Shown here: positions 21,116 through 31,308 of the stretch, one piece after another
Numbering within the stretch: the first letter of the stretch is position 1
Layout: each line of letters starts with the position of its first letter
Assembly: GCA_963716255.1 (NCBI GenBank)
Contig: OY970303.1
Location: 4,640,001-4,704,000 of the forward strand
Direction: 5' to 3'
Length of the DNA: 64,000 nt
From: an uncultured Gemmatimonadales bacterium
Lineage (GTDB): Bacteria > Gemmatimonadota > Gemmatimonadetes > Longimicrobiales > Longimicrobiaceae
Notes under the pieces: generated by a model
What the model saw: the letters and a program-made list of their open reading frames with translations, nothing else
Told to the model about the DNA's origin: nothing
The model's database searches: none
Position numbers and translations under genes: made by a program

Positions 21116-22059
21116 GCCGCCCCCAGCCGCTCGCCCGCCTCCACCGAGGGAAGGGTGAAGAAGAAGCGGCTTCCCGACCCCAGCTCGCTCTCCACCCAGA
21201 TCTTGCCGCCGTGCAGCTGCACGAACTTGCGTGCGATCGCCAGCCCCAGCCCCGTCCCGTGGTGCATCCGCGCGCGCGACGAGTCCACCTGCGCGAACTC
21301 CTGGAAGATCATCTCGTGGTGCCGCGGGTCGATCCCGATCCCCGAGTCCTCCACCACCACCTCCAGCCACGCCGGGTTGTCCGGCGAGCGGCGGGCCTCC
21401 ACGCGCAGCGTGCCGTCCTGCGGTGTGAAGTCGATGGCGTTGCCGATCAGGTTCCCCAGGATGTGCACCACCTTGTCGCGGTCGGCCCACACGGCAGGGA
21501 GCCCGCCGTTCAGCGTCGCCTCGTAGCGCAGGCTCTTCTGCTGGATCAGCGAGGCGTTCATGTCGTAGACGTGCCCCACCACCTCCGTCAGGTCGAACTC
21601 CGAGGGCGACAGCTCGATGGCGCGCGCGTTGGTGCGCGCGTACATCAGGATCTCCTCGATCATGGAAAGGAGCTGCCTGCACGAGTTGATCATGGACTCG
21701 ATCGCATCGCGCTGCCGCGGGGTGATCTCGCCCAGCAGCCCGTCGCGCAGCACCTCGCCGTAGGTGACGATGGCGGTGAGCGGGGTGCGCAGCTCGTGGG
21801 AAACGTTGGTGAGGAACTGGGACTTGGCGACGTCGAGGTTGCGGAGCTCCAGGATGGTGCGCTCCAGCTCCTCGATCCGCCGTGCCAGCGTTTCGCGCGA
21901 GGCTCCCGCGGGAAGTGACTCCTCGAACCCGACCAGCGCGTTCTGCGGCGCATCCGACCCGGGGGAGTCCATGAGGCGGAAGCCCTCCCCCGCAAGCATC
22001 TCTCGGAGGCGGTCCGCTTCCCGGTCGTCCCCCTGGATGTACAGTCGCAGTTCGATCAT
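21112..22059 (-). CDS. Cytoplasmic sensor histidine kinase
   Basis: SHELRTPL H-box, NLIGNA, DSGIGI and GTGLGL; no transmembrane segments. Confidence 0.9.
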   Translation of the reverse strand: MIELRLYIQGDDREADRLREMLAGEGFRLMDSPGSDAPQNALVGFEESLPAGASRETLARRIEELERTILELRNLDVAKSQFLTNVSHELRTPLTAIVTYGEVLRDGLLGEITPRQRDAIESMINSCRQLLSMIEEILMYARTNARAIELSPSEFDLTEVVGHVYDMNASLIQQKSLRYEATLNGGLPAVWADRDKVVHILGNLIGNAIDFTPQDGTLRVEARRSPDNPAWLEVVVEDSGIGIDPRHHEMIFQEFAQVDSSRARMHHGTGLGLAIARKFVQLHGGKIWVESELGSGSRFFFTLPSVEAGERLGAA

Positions 22060-22095
22060 CCGTTTCGCGCGGCGGGAGCGTGAGATGTCACCAAT

Positions 22096-23913
22096 CTAGA
22101 CACCCCACCCGGAGGGTGCAAGGACGGAGTCCCCGTCCAGGTTTTCCGCCAGGAGCTGGCGCCGCTGGAGGGCGGCGTAGGTCCCGCCCGCGCGCAGGAG
22201 CTCCACATGCGTTCCCACCTCCGCGACGCTGCCGTCGTCCAGCACCACGATGCGGTCCGCGTTCATCACCGCCGTCACGCGGTGGCTCACGATCACGCTG
22301 GTGCGCCCCGCCAGCACCTCGCGCAGCCCCTGGAGGATCTCCGTCTCGGTGTGGGTGTCCACGGCCGAGAGGGCGTCGTCCAGCACCAGGATCTCGGGGT
22401 CGCGCGCGATGGCGCGCGCCAGGGTGGCCCGCTGCTTCTGCCCGCCCGACAGGTTGATCCCGCGCTCTCCCAGCAGGGTGTCGTAGCCGTGGGGGAAGCC
22501 GTTGACGGTCTCGTCGAGCTGCGCCACGCGGGCGGCGGCGCGGATGCGCTCCTCCTCCCGTGCCGGGTCGGCCTCGTCGAACCCGAGCGCCAGGTTCTCG
22601 CGCAGCGTCGCCGAGAACAGGAAGGCGTCCTGCGGCACCACGCCCAGCGCCGCGCGCAGCCTGGCGAGCGGCCAGCGGCTGACCGGGACCCCGTCGATCA
22701 GCACCTCGCCCTCGGTGGGGTCGTACAGCCGGGCCAGCAGCGCCCCCACCGTGGACTTCCCCGACCCGGTGGGCCCCACGACCGCCAGGCTGTAGCCCGC
22801 GGGGACGTGGAAGGAGACGTCGCGCAGCACCAGCCGGTCGGTCCCCGGGTAGCGGAACGAGACGTTGCGGAACTCGATCTCCCCGCGGATGGGATCCGGG
22901 AGCCGGGGCTCCTCCGGCTCGCGGACGGACGGCTCGGTGCCGAGCACGCGCGACACCCGCCCCATGGAGGCGCCGCCGCGCTGGAACAGGTTGATCACCC
23001 AGCCCAGGGAGATCATGGGCCAGGTGAGCATCCCCAGGTACAGGTTGAACTCGACGAACTCGCCCAACGTGATCTCCCCGCGGAAGATGGCCCTTCCGCC
23101 CAGCAGCAGGACCACCACCGCCGCCGCCCCGCCGAAGAGCCCCAGGAGCGGCTGGAACAGCCCGCTGGCCTTCACCAGGTCCAGGTTGCGCTCCATGTAG
23201 CGCTCCGACAGCCCGCGGAAGCGCTCGGCCTGCGCGTCCTCCTGCCCGTACGCCTTGACGATGCGCACTCCCGCGAGGTTCTCCTGCGCCAGCGACGACA
23301 GGATGCCGAATTCCGCCTGGATGCGCTCGAAGCGCGCGTGGATCACCTTGCTGAACCCCAGCGTCACCACCGGCAGGGCGAGCATGGGCACCAGGGCGTA
23401 CAGCGTCATCCGCGCGTCGATCCACACCATCAGCGTGAGCGCGAACAGCGCCGTGACGATCATGTTGACCAGGTACATGATGGCGGGGCCCGCCACCATC
23501 CGCACGGCGCCCAGGTCGTTGGTCGCCAGGCTGATGATCTCGCCGGTGGGGGTGCGGCCGTAGAAGGGCGCGTCCAGGTGGAGGAGGTGCCGGAAGTAGT
23601 CGTTGCGGAGGTCGGTCTCCACGCGGCGGCTGATGCCGTTGAGGATGTCGCGCATGTAGAAGCGCGCTACCCCGCCCACCAGGGTGACCAGCACGCTGAG
23701 CCCCGCGTACCTCGCCACGGTGCCGCCGGTGGTCCCCGGCTTCCCGAGGGCGTCGATCCCCTTGCCGATGAGGTCGGGGGTCCAGAGCATGAGCCCCGTG
23801 GAGACCAGGACGAGCAGCAGTCCCAGGAGCGTGGCCCCAAGGTACGGCCGGAGGTACGGCAGAAGCGCGCGGAGGTTCTTCACTTGCGACCTGGCATTCG
23901 GGTTGCCCTCCAC
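22096..23913 (-). CDS. ABC exporter, fused permease/ATPase (MdlA/YheI-like)
   Basis: Transmembrane domain, GPTGSGKS, LSGGQKQR and LVLDDALSAVD. Confidence 0.93.
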   Translation of the reverse strand: MEGNPNARSQVKNLRALLPYLRPYLGATLLGLLLVLVSTGLMLWTPDLIGKGIDALGKPGTTGGTVARYAGLSVLVTLVGGVARFYMRDILNGISRRVETDLRNDYFRHLLHLDAPFYGRTPTGEIISLATNDLGAVRMVAGPAIMYLVNMIVTALFALTLMVWIDARMTLYALVPMLALPVVTLGFSKVIHARFERIQAEFGILSSLAQENLAGVRIVKAYGQEDAQAERFRGLSERYMERNLDLVKASGLFQPLLGLFGGAAAVVVLLLGGRAIFRGEITLGEFVEFNLYLGMLTWPMISLGWVINLFQRGGASMGRVSRVLGTEPSVREPEEPRLPDPIRGEIEFRNVSFRYPGTDRLVLRDVSFHVPAGYSLAVVGPTGSGKSTVGALLARLYDPTEGEVLIDGVPVSRWPLARLRAALGVVPQDAFLFSATLRENLALGFDEADPAREEERIRAAARVAQLDETVNGFPHGYDTLLGERGINLSGGQKQRATLARAIARDPEILVLDDALSAVDTHTETEILQGLREVLAGRTSVIVSHRVTAVMNADRIVVLDDGSVAEVGTHVELLRAGGTYAALQRRQLLAENLDGDSVLAPSGWGV

Positions 23914-23993
23914 GCGGCCGGACGCGCCGGGGAGGCGGGTTGAGGATACCCGAGCGCACAGGGAAATTCAAGTCGTTTTCCGGCTCTTGTGAA

Positions 23994-24010
23994 AACCCAA
24001 GCGATGGGTT
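23994..24010. promoter_or_regulatory. Palindrome upstream of DUF4160/DUF2442, putative autorepression operator
   Basis: AACCCA-AGCGA-TGGGTT, 7 nt before the ATG. Confidence 0.5.
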
Positions 24011-24017
24011 ACGTTGA

Positions 24018-24269
24018 ATGGTAACGGTTCACCGGCAGTTTGGATTCCGCGTCGTGATCTACCCGAGCGGGCGCGAGCACGGGCCGCCGCACGTGCACGT
24101 GTTCAACGCCGACGGCGAGGCGAAGGTCACGCTCGGCGACGCGGACGAGGCGCCCGCGCTCGTGCTGGTGGTTGGAATGCGGAAGACCGACGCGGCGCAC
24201 GCGCTGCGGATCGTGGAGGAGCGGCAGGAAACCTTTCTCGCGAGGTGGAGGGAGTACCATGGCCCGTAG
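24018..24269 (+). CDS. DUF4160 family protein (putative toxin)
   Basis: GFRVVIY..EHGPPHVHV...W.EYHG. Confidence 0.85.
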   Translation: MVTVHRQFGFRVVIYPSGREHGPPHVHVFNADGEAKVTLGDADEAPALVLVVGMRKTDAAHALRIVEERQETFLARWREYHGP

Positions 24270-24771
24270 CTGGAAGCCCGCGACCGACGCGGAGATCGAG
24301 CGGCAGTACGCGGAAGCCGTGGAGGCGGGCCGCGCCGCCGAGGAGGCCGGGCCACGCGCCGCGAGCGCGCGCTACGACCGGCACACCGGACGCGTGGAGG
24401 TGGAGCTGGTGGGCGGCTGCCTGTTCGCCTTCCCGGCGGAGATGGGGCAGGGGCTGCGCGGCGCCTCGCCGGACGAGCTGGCCGGGGTGGAGGTGACGCC
24501 GGGCGGCTACGGGCTGCACTGGCAGGCGCTGGACGCGGACCTCGCCGTCCCCGCGCTGATGGCGGGGGTGTTCGGGACCGAGGCGTGGATGCGGGAGCTG
24601 GGGCGCGCCGGAGGACGGAGCACGAGCGACGCCAAGGCCGCGGCCGCGCGCGCGAACGGCCGCAAGGGGGGGCGTCCGCGCGGGGACGCCGCGGAGGGCA
24701 GGCCGACGCGCCGGGTCGCCGAGCGCAAGGCGGAGTACGGCGCGGAGGGAGAGGGGAAGGACGAGGGCTGA
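24259..24771 (+). CDS. DUF2442 family protein (putative antitoxin)
   Basis: GLHWQALDADL, GTEAWM and AKAAAARANGRKGGRP. Confidence 0.85.
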   Translation: MARSWKPATDAEIERQYAEAVEAGRAAEEAGPRAASARYDRHTGRVEVELVGGCLFAFPAEMGQGLRGASPDELAGVEVTPGGYGLHWQALDADLAVPALMAGVFGTEAWMRELGRAGGRSTSDAKAAAARANGRKGGRPRGDAAEGRPTRRVAERKAEYGAEGEGKDEG

Positions 24772-24793
24772 TCGGCGGAGCGTGCCGTGCGCT

Positions 24794-24852
24794 GGAAGCC
24801 GGCGCGTTGCTCTGCCGCCCGACCCCGGCGCAGCCGGGGGCACGCCCGAGCC
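24794..24852. repeat. Partial, degenerate family B copy
   Basis: GCCCGACCCCGGCGCAGCCGGGGGCACGCCCG matches the end of B. Confidence 0.6.
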
Positions 24853-24886
24853 CGCCGCAGACGTTCCCGGCCGGTCAGCGCCGTTC

Positions 24887-26191
24887 TCATGCTTCCAGTG
24901 GGCTCACGAGGACCTTGTCGACCCGGTGGCCGTCCATGTCCACCACCTCCACCCGGAGCGCGCCCGTGTCGAAGCGGTCGCCCGGGGACGGCACCCGCCC
25001 CAGGTGCGTGAGCACGAAGCCGGCGACGGTGCGGAACTCCTCGCGGTCCTCTTCGCGGCGCTCGGGGAGCCCCAGCGCCTCCCTGAACTCCTCCATCTGC
25101 ATGGCGCCGTCCACCAGCCAGGAGCCGTCGTCCCGGCGGACCACGCCGGGGCTCGCCGGCGCTCCCGCGAGCGCCAGGTCGCCGACGATTTCCTCCAGCA
25201 GGTCGTTGAGCGTCACCAGCCCCTCGATCCCGCCGTACTCGTCGACCACCAGCGCCAGGTGGGTGCCGCTCTCCCGGAACAGCTCCAGCACCCGGAGCGC
25301 ACGGGTGCTTTCCGGGACGAAGAGCGGCCTGCGCAGCACGGCGCGCAGGTCGTCCACCGCCTCGCCGGCCAGGCTGCGGGCCCACAGGTCCTTGACCTCC
25401 ACCATCCCCACCACCCGGTCCAGCGTTTCCTCGCACACCAGGAAGCGCGAGAAGCGGTGCCGCGACATGATCTCGCGGTTGGTCTCGGGCGGCGCGTCCG
25501 CGTCCAGCCACACCACCCGGCGCCGCGGCGTCATCAGCGAGGCGACCCGCTGGTCGCCCAGCCAGAAGACGCGCTCCACGATGTCCTGCTCGGCTTCCTC
25601 GAACACCCCGGCCTGCGTCCCCTGCTGCATCAGCATGGAGATCTCCGCCTCGGTGACCGGAGGCTCGTCGGCGCGGCGGATCCCCAGCAGGCGGAGCACC
25701 GCCTCGGTGGAGACGGTGAGCAGGCTCACCAGCGGCGACGAGACCCGCGAAAGCACGTTCATGGGCCCGGCGACCGCGGCGGCGATCCGCTCGGGGTGGC
25801 TCAGCCCGATGCGCTTGGGGACCAGCTCGCCGACGATGAGCGAGAGGTAGGTGATTGCGAGCACCACCACGCCGAGCGCGACTCCGTCCGCGTACGGCGC
25901 GACGGCGGGATGGCGCCGCAGCGTCTCGGCGAAGGGCGCGGCGATGGTGGCCCCGCCGAAGGCGCCGGCCAGGACCCCCACCATGGTGATCCCCACCTGC
26001 ACGGTGGAAAGGAACCGGTTGGGGTTCTCGGCCAGCTCCAGGGCGCGCCGCGCCCCCACGTCGCCCGCTTCGGCGCGCTGCTGGAGCCGCGCCTTGCGGG
26101 ACGAGACCACGGCGATCTCCGACATGGCGAACACCCCGTTCACCACCAGGAGCAGCAGGACCAGCAGGATCTCGGTGCCTACTCCCCCCAT
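24887..26191 (-). CDS. HlyC/CorC (CNNM) transporter with CBS domains
   Basis: NGVFAMSEIAVVS, GELVPK, VVDEYGG and DGHRVDKV. Confidence 0.92.
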   Translation of the reverse strand: MGGVGTEILLVLLLLVVNGVFAMSEIAVVSSRKARLQQRAEAGDVGARRALELAENPNRFLSTVQVGITMVGVLAGAFGGATIAAPFAETLRRHPAVAPYADGVALGVVVLAITYLSLIVGELVPKRIGLSHPERIAAAVAGPMNVLSRVSSPLVSLLTVSTEAVLRLLGIRRADEPPVTEAEISMLMQQGTQAGVFEEAEQDIVERVFWLGDQRVASLMTPRRRVVWLDADAPPETNREIMSRHRFSRFLVCEETLDRVVGMVEVKDLWARSLAGEAVDDLRAVLRRPLFVPESTRALRVLELFRESGTHLALVVDEYGGIEGLVTLNDLLEEIVGDLALAGAPASPGVVRRDDGSWLVDGAMQMEEFREALGLPERREEDREEFRTVAGFVLTHLGRVPSPGDRFDTGALRVEVVDMDGHRVDKVLVSPLEA

Positions 26192-26231
26192 CCCGCTCTC
26201 CTCGCGCGCGGCCGGGGTGCTCGTGCGTCGC

Positions 26232-27245
26232 TCATCGCTTCTCCTCGGGAGGGATCGGGGCCCGGTGCGGCTCCGGCGGGTCGCGGAGCGGGTCGTGCTC
26301 CACGGGGTCGTTCTCCGCGGCCGTCTTGGGGAACAATAGCGACGCGGCCACGGACCCGGCCAGCACCAGCGCGATCACCCCCAGCGAGATGCCGATGGGG
26401 ATCTTGTACACGTCCACCAGCAGCATCTTGGCGCCCACGAACACCAGCACGATCGCCAGCCCCAGCTTGAGGTAGTGGAAGCGGTGGATGACGCCCGCCA
26501 GCAGGAAGTACAGCGACCGCAGCCCCAGGATGGCGAAGACGTTGGAGGTGTAGACCAGGAACGGGTCGGTGGTGACGGCGAAGATGGCCGGGATGGAATC
26601 GACCGCGAAGATCAGGTCGGTGGTCTCCACCAGCACCAGCACCACGAAGAGCGGTGTCGCCACGCGGCGCACGCCCCCGTCCGGACCGGCGAACTTGTTG
26701 ACGAAGAAGTTCTGCCCGTGGTAGTCGGGGGTCACCGGGATGAAGCGGCGCACCAGCCGGATCACCGGGTTGCTCTCCGGCTCGATGTCGTGCTCGTCCT
26801 GCGTGGCCATGCGGAGGCCGGTGAACACCAGGAACGCGCCGAAGACGTAGATGATCCAGTGGAAGCGCTCGATGAGCACCGCGCCCGCCGCGATCATCCC
26901 GCCGCGCATGACCAGCGCCCCCAGGATCCCCCAGAACAGCACGCGGTGCTGGTAGCGCGGCGGGACCTGGAAGTACGAGAAGATCAGGACGATGACGAAG
27001 ATGTTGTCGACCGAGAGCGCCTTCTCGATCAGGTATCCCGTGAGGAACTCGAGCCCGGCCTGCGGGCCCATGAAGCGGTAGATACCGAAGTTGAAGACCA
27101 GGGCGAGCGTCACCCACAGCGCGCTCCACCCCGCGGCTTCCTTCATGGAGACCTCGTGGGCCTCCTTGTGGAACACGCCCAGGTCGAGCGCCAGCATCGC
27201 CAGCACGAAAACGTTGAACCCGACGTACAGCCAGAGCTGGTCCAT
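26232..27245 (-). CDS. TerC/Alx family metal-homeostasis membrane protein
   Basis: EKALSVDNIFV, DLIFAVDSIPA and SNVFAILGLRSLY. Confidence 0.93.
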   Translation of the reverse strand: MDQLWLYVGFNVFVLAMLALDLGVFHKEAHEVSMKEAAGWSALWVTLALVFNFGIYRFMGPQAGLEFLTGYLIEKALSVDNIFVIVLIFSYFQVPPRYQHRVLFWGILGALVMRGGMIAAGAVLIERFHWIIYVFGAFLVFTGLRMATQDEHDIEPESNPVIRLVRRFIPVTPDYHGQNFFVNKFAGPDGGVRRVATPLFVVLVLVETTDLIFAVDSIPAIFAVTTDPFLVYTSNVFAILGLRSLYFLLAGVIHRFHYLKLGLAIVLVFVGAKMLLVDVYKIPIGISLGVIALVLAGSVAASLLFPKTAAENDPVEHDPLRDPPEPHRAPIPPEEKR

Positions 27246-27342
27246 GGTGGCTCGGTGGTTCGGGACTGCGGGGCCCGCGTCCGCGGGGCCCCGCTCTCAG
27301 GTCGGTCGGGATCGCAGCACGGTGCGCGCCGCGTGCGCCGGA

Positions 27343-28212
27343 CTAGCGGCGGGCGGCGAGCAGTTCCAGCCGCGCGACGCGCTCCTCGGTGGGCGGGTGG
27401 GTGGAGAACATCCTCGCGATCCCCCCTCCGTGTGCGGCCAGCGGGTTCACCTGCGCCAGCGGCGCGGCGGCGGGCGCCACGTCCATGGGGATGCGGTGCG
27501 CGTACGCGTCCAGCCTGCGCAGCGCGCCGGCGAGCGCAAGCGGCTTGCCGCTGATCTCCGCGCCCACGGCGTCCGCCTTGAACTCGCGCTGCCGGGAGAT
27601 GGCCATCTGCACCAGCGAGGCGGCGATGGGCGCCAGGATCATCATGGCCAGCCCGCCGGCTGCGCCGCCTTCCTCCTCGTCGTCGCGCCCGCCAAGGAGC
27701 GCTCCCCACATCGCCATCTGCCCCAGCTGTGACACGGCGCCGGCCAGGGTGGCGGTGACGGTCTGGAGGAGCATGTCGCGGTTCCTGATGTGCGCCAGCT
27801 CGTGCGCGATCACCCCCTCCAGCTCGTCGGCGCTCACCAGCCCCACGATCCCTTCGGTGACGCACACCACGGCGTGCTCGGGATTCCTGCCGGTGGCGAA
27901 GGCGTTGGGCTGGGCGTGCGGCGCCACGGCCACGGTGGGCATGGGGAGCCCGGCCCGCTGCCGCAGCCGGTCCACCATGCGGAACAGCTCGGGGGCCTCG
28001 GCCTCGGTCACGACGCGCGCGCCGTACATGCGCATCACCATGTCCGCCGACTTGTAGTACATGAAGAAGTTGATCCCGCCGGCCAGGAGCAGGGCGATCA
28101 TCACCCCGCCCTGGCCGCCGAGCGCGAACCCCACCGCACCGACCAGGCTGGTGAGGAGGGCCATGAGCCCGAAGACTTTGACGTTGTTCACGAGAGTTTT
28201 TCGCGTAGCCAC
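27343..28212 (-). CDS. htpX: Membrane zinc metalloprotease HtpX (start GTG 28212 or 28191)
   Basis: QPNAFATGRNP, AHELAH, SRQREFKAD and FSTHPPTEER. Confidence 0.92.
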   Translation of the reverse strand: MATRKTLVNNVKVFGLMALLTSLVGAVGFALGGQGGVMIALLLAGGINFFMYYKSADMVMRMYGARVVTEAEAPELFRMVDRLRQRAGLPMPTVAVAPHAQPNAFATGRNPEHAVVCVTEGIVGLVSADELEGVIAHELAHIRNRDMLLQTVTATLAGAVSQLGQMAMWGALLGGRDDEEEGGAAGGLAMMILAPIAASLVQMAISRQREFKADAVGAEISGKPLALAGALRRLDAYAHRIPMDVAPAAAPLAQVNPLAAHGGGIARMFSTHPPTEERVARLELLAARR

Positions 28213-28301
28213 GTTCCCTCCGCCGCGCCGGACGGCGCGGCGGCGCGGTCCCCACGCACGCGCGCGGGGAGACGCCTGTTCCACTGTGGTGTGGGTGGGG
28301 G

Positions 28302-28637
28302 CTACGCGGGAGGTCCGCGCGGGTACCCGGAGCGGAGGGCGATGGAGCGGGGCGAGGCCGTGCGCCCCGCGGCCGGGGCGGACGCGCGGGTCCACGTGCC
28401 CAGCAGCGGCGGCTCGAAGGCCGCGGCGGGGAGCGCCGGACCGGGGCCGTCGGGGAGGTCGGGAAGCAGCCGTGCGGCGGGGCCGCGCGCGCCGGAGTGG
28501 CGCACCCAGGCGTGCCCGCCCTTGGCGTCGGGGTGGACTTCCTGGGCGAGCGCGATCCCCTGGTCCACCCCGAAGGCGAGGAGGACGACCCAGAGCAGGT
28601 GCCGTAGCCGGAAATGGAGATGCGCGCTCATGCCCAC
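28302..28637 (-). CDS. uORF with N-terminal hydrophobic segment and C-terminal RGPP motif; candidate ribosome-arrest peptide
   Basis: LLWVVLLAFGV...ALA signal-like segment, Pro-rich linker, ends SGYPRGPPA*; lies about 90 nt upstream of htpX. Confidence 0.6.
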   Translation of the reverse strand: MGMSAHLHFRLRHLLWVVLLAFGVDQGIALAQEVHPDAKGGHAWVRHSGARGPAARLLPDLPDGPGPALPAAAFEPPLLGTWTRASAPAAGRTASPRSIALRSGYPRGPPA

Positions 28638-28718
28638 GAATCTACTGCGATTCGCAGGCCGCTCAAGGTGTGTTTAGGGTGTGACGATGGTGGCGGGTGG
28701 GCGTCGGGCGGTTCGTGT

Positions 28719-29795
28719 CTACGCCAGGTCGTGGATGCGCCCGCGCTCCAGCGCCGCGGCGGCCATGCGCCCGCAGGCGCGGACCACGTGGACCAGCCCG
28801 CCGAAGCGCGGGTCCCGCGTGTGGCCCCGGAGGAAGCGCGCGTAGATCTGCTGGGCGATGACGGCGACCTTGAACAGGCCGTACACGTAGTGGAAGAGGA
28901 TGCCAGACACGTCGCGCCCGCTGCGCTCGGCGTACGCCTCCGCCACGCCGCGGCGGTCCAGGTTGCCGGGGAGCCAGGTGACGCCGAACTGCCGCAGCTC
29001 GGGCGGGTCCCCCGCTTCCGCCCAGTAGCCGAGCGTGGTCCCCAGGTCCAGGAGCGGGTCGCCGACGGTCGCCATCTCCCAGTCGAGCACCGCCCGCACG
29101 CGCGACGGGTCGGCGGGGTCCAGCACCAGGTTGTCGTACTTGTAGTCGTTGTGGACCAGCGTGGCGCCGCCCTCCGCGGGGACGCCGCGCGCCAGCCACG
29201 CCGCCGCCTCCTCCAGCTCGGCGATCTCGTCCGTCTTCGCGCGTATCCAGCGCCCGGTCCACCCCTCCACCTGCCGCGCGGCGTAGCCCTGCGGCCGCCC
29301 CAGCCCCTCCAGCCCCGCCGCGGCGGGGTCGATGGCGTGCAGCTCCACCAGCGTGTCCACCAGCGCCAGGCACACGGCGCGCATCCGCTCCGGCGTCAGC
29401 TCCAGCCCCTCCGGCGGGCGATGGCGCAGGATAATGCCCGGAACGCGCTCCATCAGGTAGAAAGGCGCACCGAGCACGGCCGGGTCCGCGCACAGCGCGA
29501 GCGGGCGGGGTACCTTCGGGTAGACGGGCCGCAGCCCGGACAGGACGCGGAACTCGCGCTCCATGTCGTGCCCGCCGCGCACGTCCGCCCCGTGGGGCGG
29601 GCGCCGCAGCACCATCTCCCGCCCGCCCGCGCGCACCAGGTAGGTGAGGTTGGAGAACCCGCGCGGGAACTGCTCGACGCGGACGGGCCCGGCGAGCTCG
29701 GGCAGCGTCTCGCGGAGGAACGCCGCGAGCGCCGCCGGGTCCAGCTCCTCCCCGGCGCGCACGGCCGCCGGCCGGTCGATGGGATCGCGCTCCAA
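28719..29795 (-). CDS. APH/ChoK-like phosphotransferase (ACAD10/11 N-terminal type)
   Basis: GFSNLTY, LVHNDYKYDN and LDWEMATVGDP; TTG start after GGAGG. Confidence 0.88.
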   Translation of the reverse strand: MERDPIDRPAAVRAGEELDPAALAAFLRETLPELAGPVRVEQFPRGFSNLTYLVRAGGREMVLRRPPHGADVRGGHDMEREFRVLSGLRPVYPKVPRPLALCADPAVLGAPFYLMERVPGIILRHRPPEGLELTPERMRAVCLALVDTLVELHAIDPAAAGLEGLGRPQGYAARQVEGWTGRWIRAKTDEIAELEEAAAWLARGVPAEGGATLVHNDYKYDNLVLDPADPSRVRAVLDWEMATVGDPLLDLGTTLGYWAEAGDPPELRQFGVTWLPGNLDRRGVAEAYAERSGRDVSGILFHYVYGLFKVAVIAQQIYARFLRGHTRDPRFGGLVHVVRACGRMAAAALERGRIHDLA

Positions 29796-29828
29796 GCTCC
29801 GCCTCCGTGCTGGGGATGTATGTGCGTC

Positions 29829-30079
29829 GGCCCTCACCCGGCGGCCTGAGAGCCGCCACCCTCTCCCTTCATACGGTTCACGCGAAGCGTGAAGCGCCAT
29901 TCTGGGAGAGGGGGCAACTGCTGGATCCTGAGAACGGGCAGGCAGTTGCGTGAGGGATTACGGCCCGAAGGGGCGAGACCCGCGGGCAGTTTCGCGGGGC
30001 TCGACTCCGTTAGCCCGCGTTGTTTGCGGGCTTACGGAGCCGAAGCCCGACCCCGGCGCCAGCCGGGGGCACGCCCGAA
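29829..30079. repeat. Composite C(+D)-linker-B repeat (D at 29868-29899, B at 29948-30079)
   Basis: Reverse complement of the 32199-32450 composite; inserted between acd and APH. Confidence 0.88.
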
Positions 30080-30111
30080 CCCGCCGTCAAAATCCGTTGC
30101 GGTTCAGCAGT

Positions 30112-31308
30112 TCACCGGACTCCGTACTCCTTGAGGATCTCCCGCGCGACCAGAGACTTGTGCACTTCGTCCGGCCCGTCGTAGATGCGCGCCCCACGCT
30201 CGTGCCGGTACCAGAAGGACAGCAGCAGGTCGTCGGTGATGCCGAGCGCCCCGTGGACCTGGACGGCACGGTCCAGCACCCGCTGAAGCACCCCCGCCAC
30301 GAAGAACTTGATCGTCGACACCTGCACCCGCGCCGCCCGCGCGCCCCCGCGGTCGATGCGCTCCGCCGTGTCCAGCGTCATCAGCCGCGCCGCGTCGATC
30401 TCCGCGCGCGACTCGGCGATCCAGTGCTGCACCGCCTGCCGCGATGCCAGCGGCTCCCCGGGCGACAGCTCACGGTCCGCGGCGCGGCGGCACATCATCT
30501 CGAAGGCCCGCTCGCAGACCCCGATCCAGCGCATGCAGTGGTGGATGCGCCCCGGCCCCAGCCGCTCCTGCGCGAGCGGGAACCCCGCCCCCTCCGCCCC
30601 GATGCGGTTCTCCACGGGCACCCGGCACCCCTCGAAGACCACCTCGGCGTGGCTGAAGTAGTCCTCGCCGGCCTCGCCCATGACCGGGATGTTGCGGACG
30701 ATGCGGAAGCCCGGCGTGCCGGCGGGGACCAGGATCTGGCTGGCGCGGGCGTGCGGCGTGTCCGCGTCCGGGCGGGTGACCGCCATGACGATGGCGAACG
30801 CGGCGCCGTCCGCCGCGGAGGTGAACCACTTGTGCCCGTCGATCACGTAGTCGCCGCCGTCTCGCACGGCGCGGGTGGACAGGTGCACGGGGTTGGAGCC
30901 GGCGTGCTCCGGCTCGGTCATGGCGAAGCAGCTCCGCACCTCGCCGCGGACCAGGGGCTCCAGGAAGCGGCGCCGCTGCTCCGGCGTCCCGTGCGCGTGC
31001 AGCAGCTCCATGTTGCCGACGTCCGGCGCCTGGCAGTTGAAGGCCAGGTGCCCCAGCGGGGAGCGCCCCAGCTCCTCGCTGACCCGCCCGAACTCCGCCA
31101 GGGAGAGGCCCGGCCCGCCCAGCTCCCGGGGCAGCTGCGGCGCCCACATCCCCAGCTCCTTGACCCGGGCGCGCGCCTCCGCCAGCGCGGGGAGGAGCCG
31201 GCGGAAGGGCTCCGTCCGGAAGCGGTCCTCCAGCGGGAGCAGCTCCTCGCGGACGAAGGCGCGGACGCGCCGGAGCAGCTCCTCCGTGCTGGTCGTGGGC
31301 TCGTGCAT
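30112..31308 (-). CDS. Acyl-CoA dehydrogenase
   Basis: NCQAPDVGNME, FAMTEP, GHKWFTS, RLGPGRIHHCMR and IYDGPDEVH. Confidence 0.93.
   Translation of the reverse strand: MHEPTTSTEELLRRVRAFVREELLPLEDRFRTEPFRRLLPALAEARARVKELGMWAPQLPRELGGPGLSLAEFGRVSEELGRSPLGHLAFNCQAPDVGNMELLHAHGTPEQRRRFLEPLVRGEVRSCFAMTEPEHAGSNPVHLSTRAVRDGGDYVIDGHKWFTSAADGAAFAIVMAVTRPDADTPHARASQILVPAGTPGFRIVRNIPVMGEAGEDYFSHAEVVFEGCRVPVENRIGAEGAGFPLAQERLGPGRIHHCMRWIGVCERAFEMMCRRAADRELSPGEPLASRQAVQHWIAESRAEIDAARLMTLDTAERIDRGGARAARVQVSTIKFFVAGVLQRVLDRAVQVHGALGITDDLLLSFWYRHERGARIYDGPDEVHKSLVAREILKEYGVR

Noticed and set aside
27246..27342. yybP-ykoY riboswitch upstream of terC
   Set aside because: Only a single GC hairpin; the conserved four-way-junction motifs are not recognisable.
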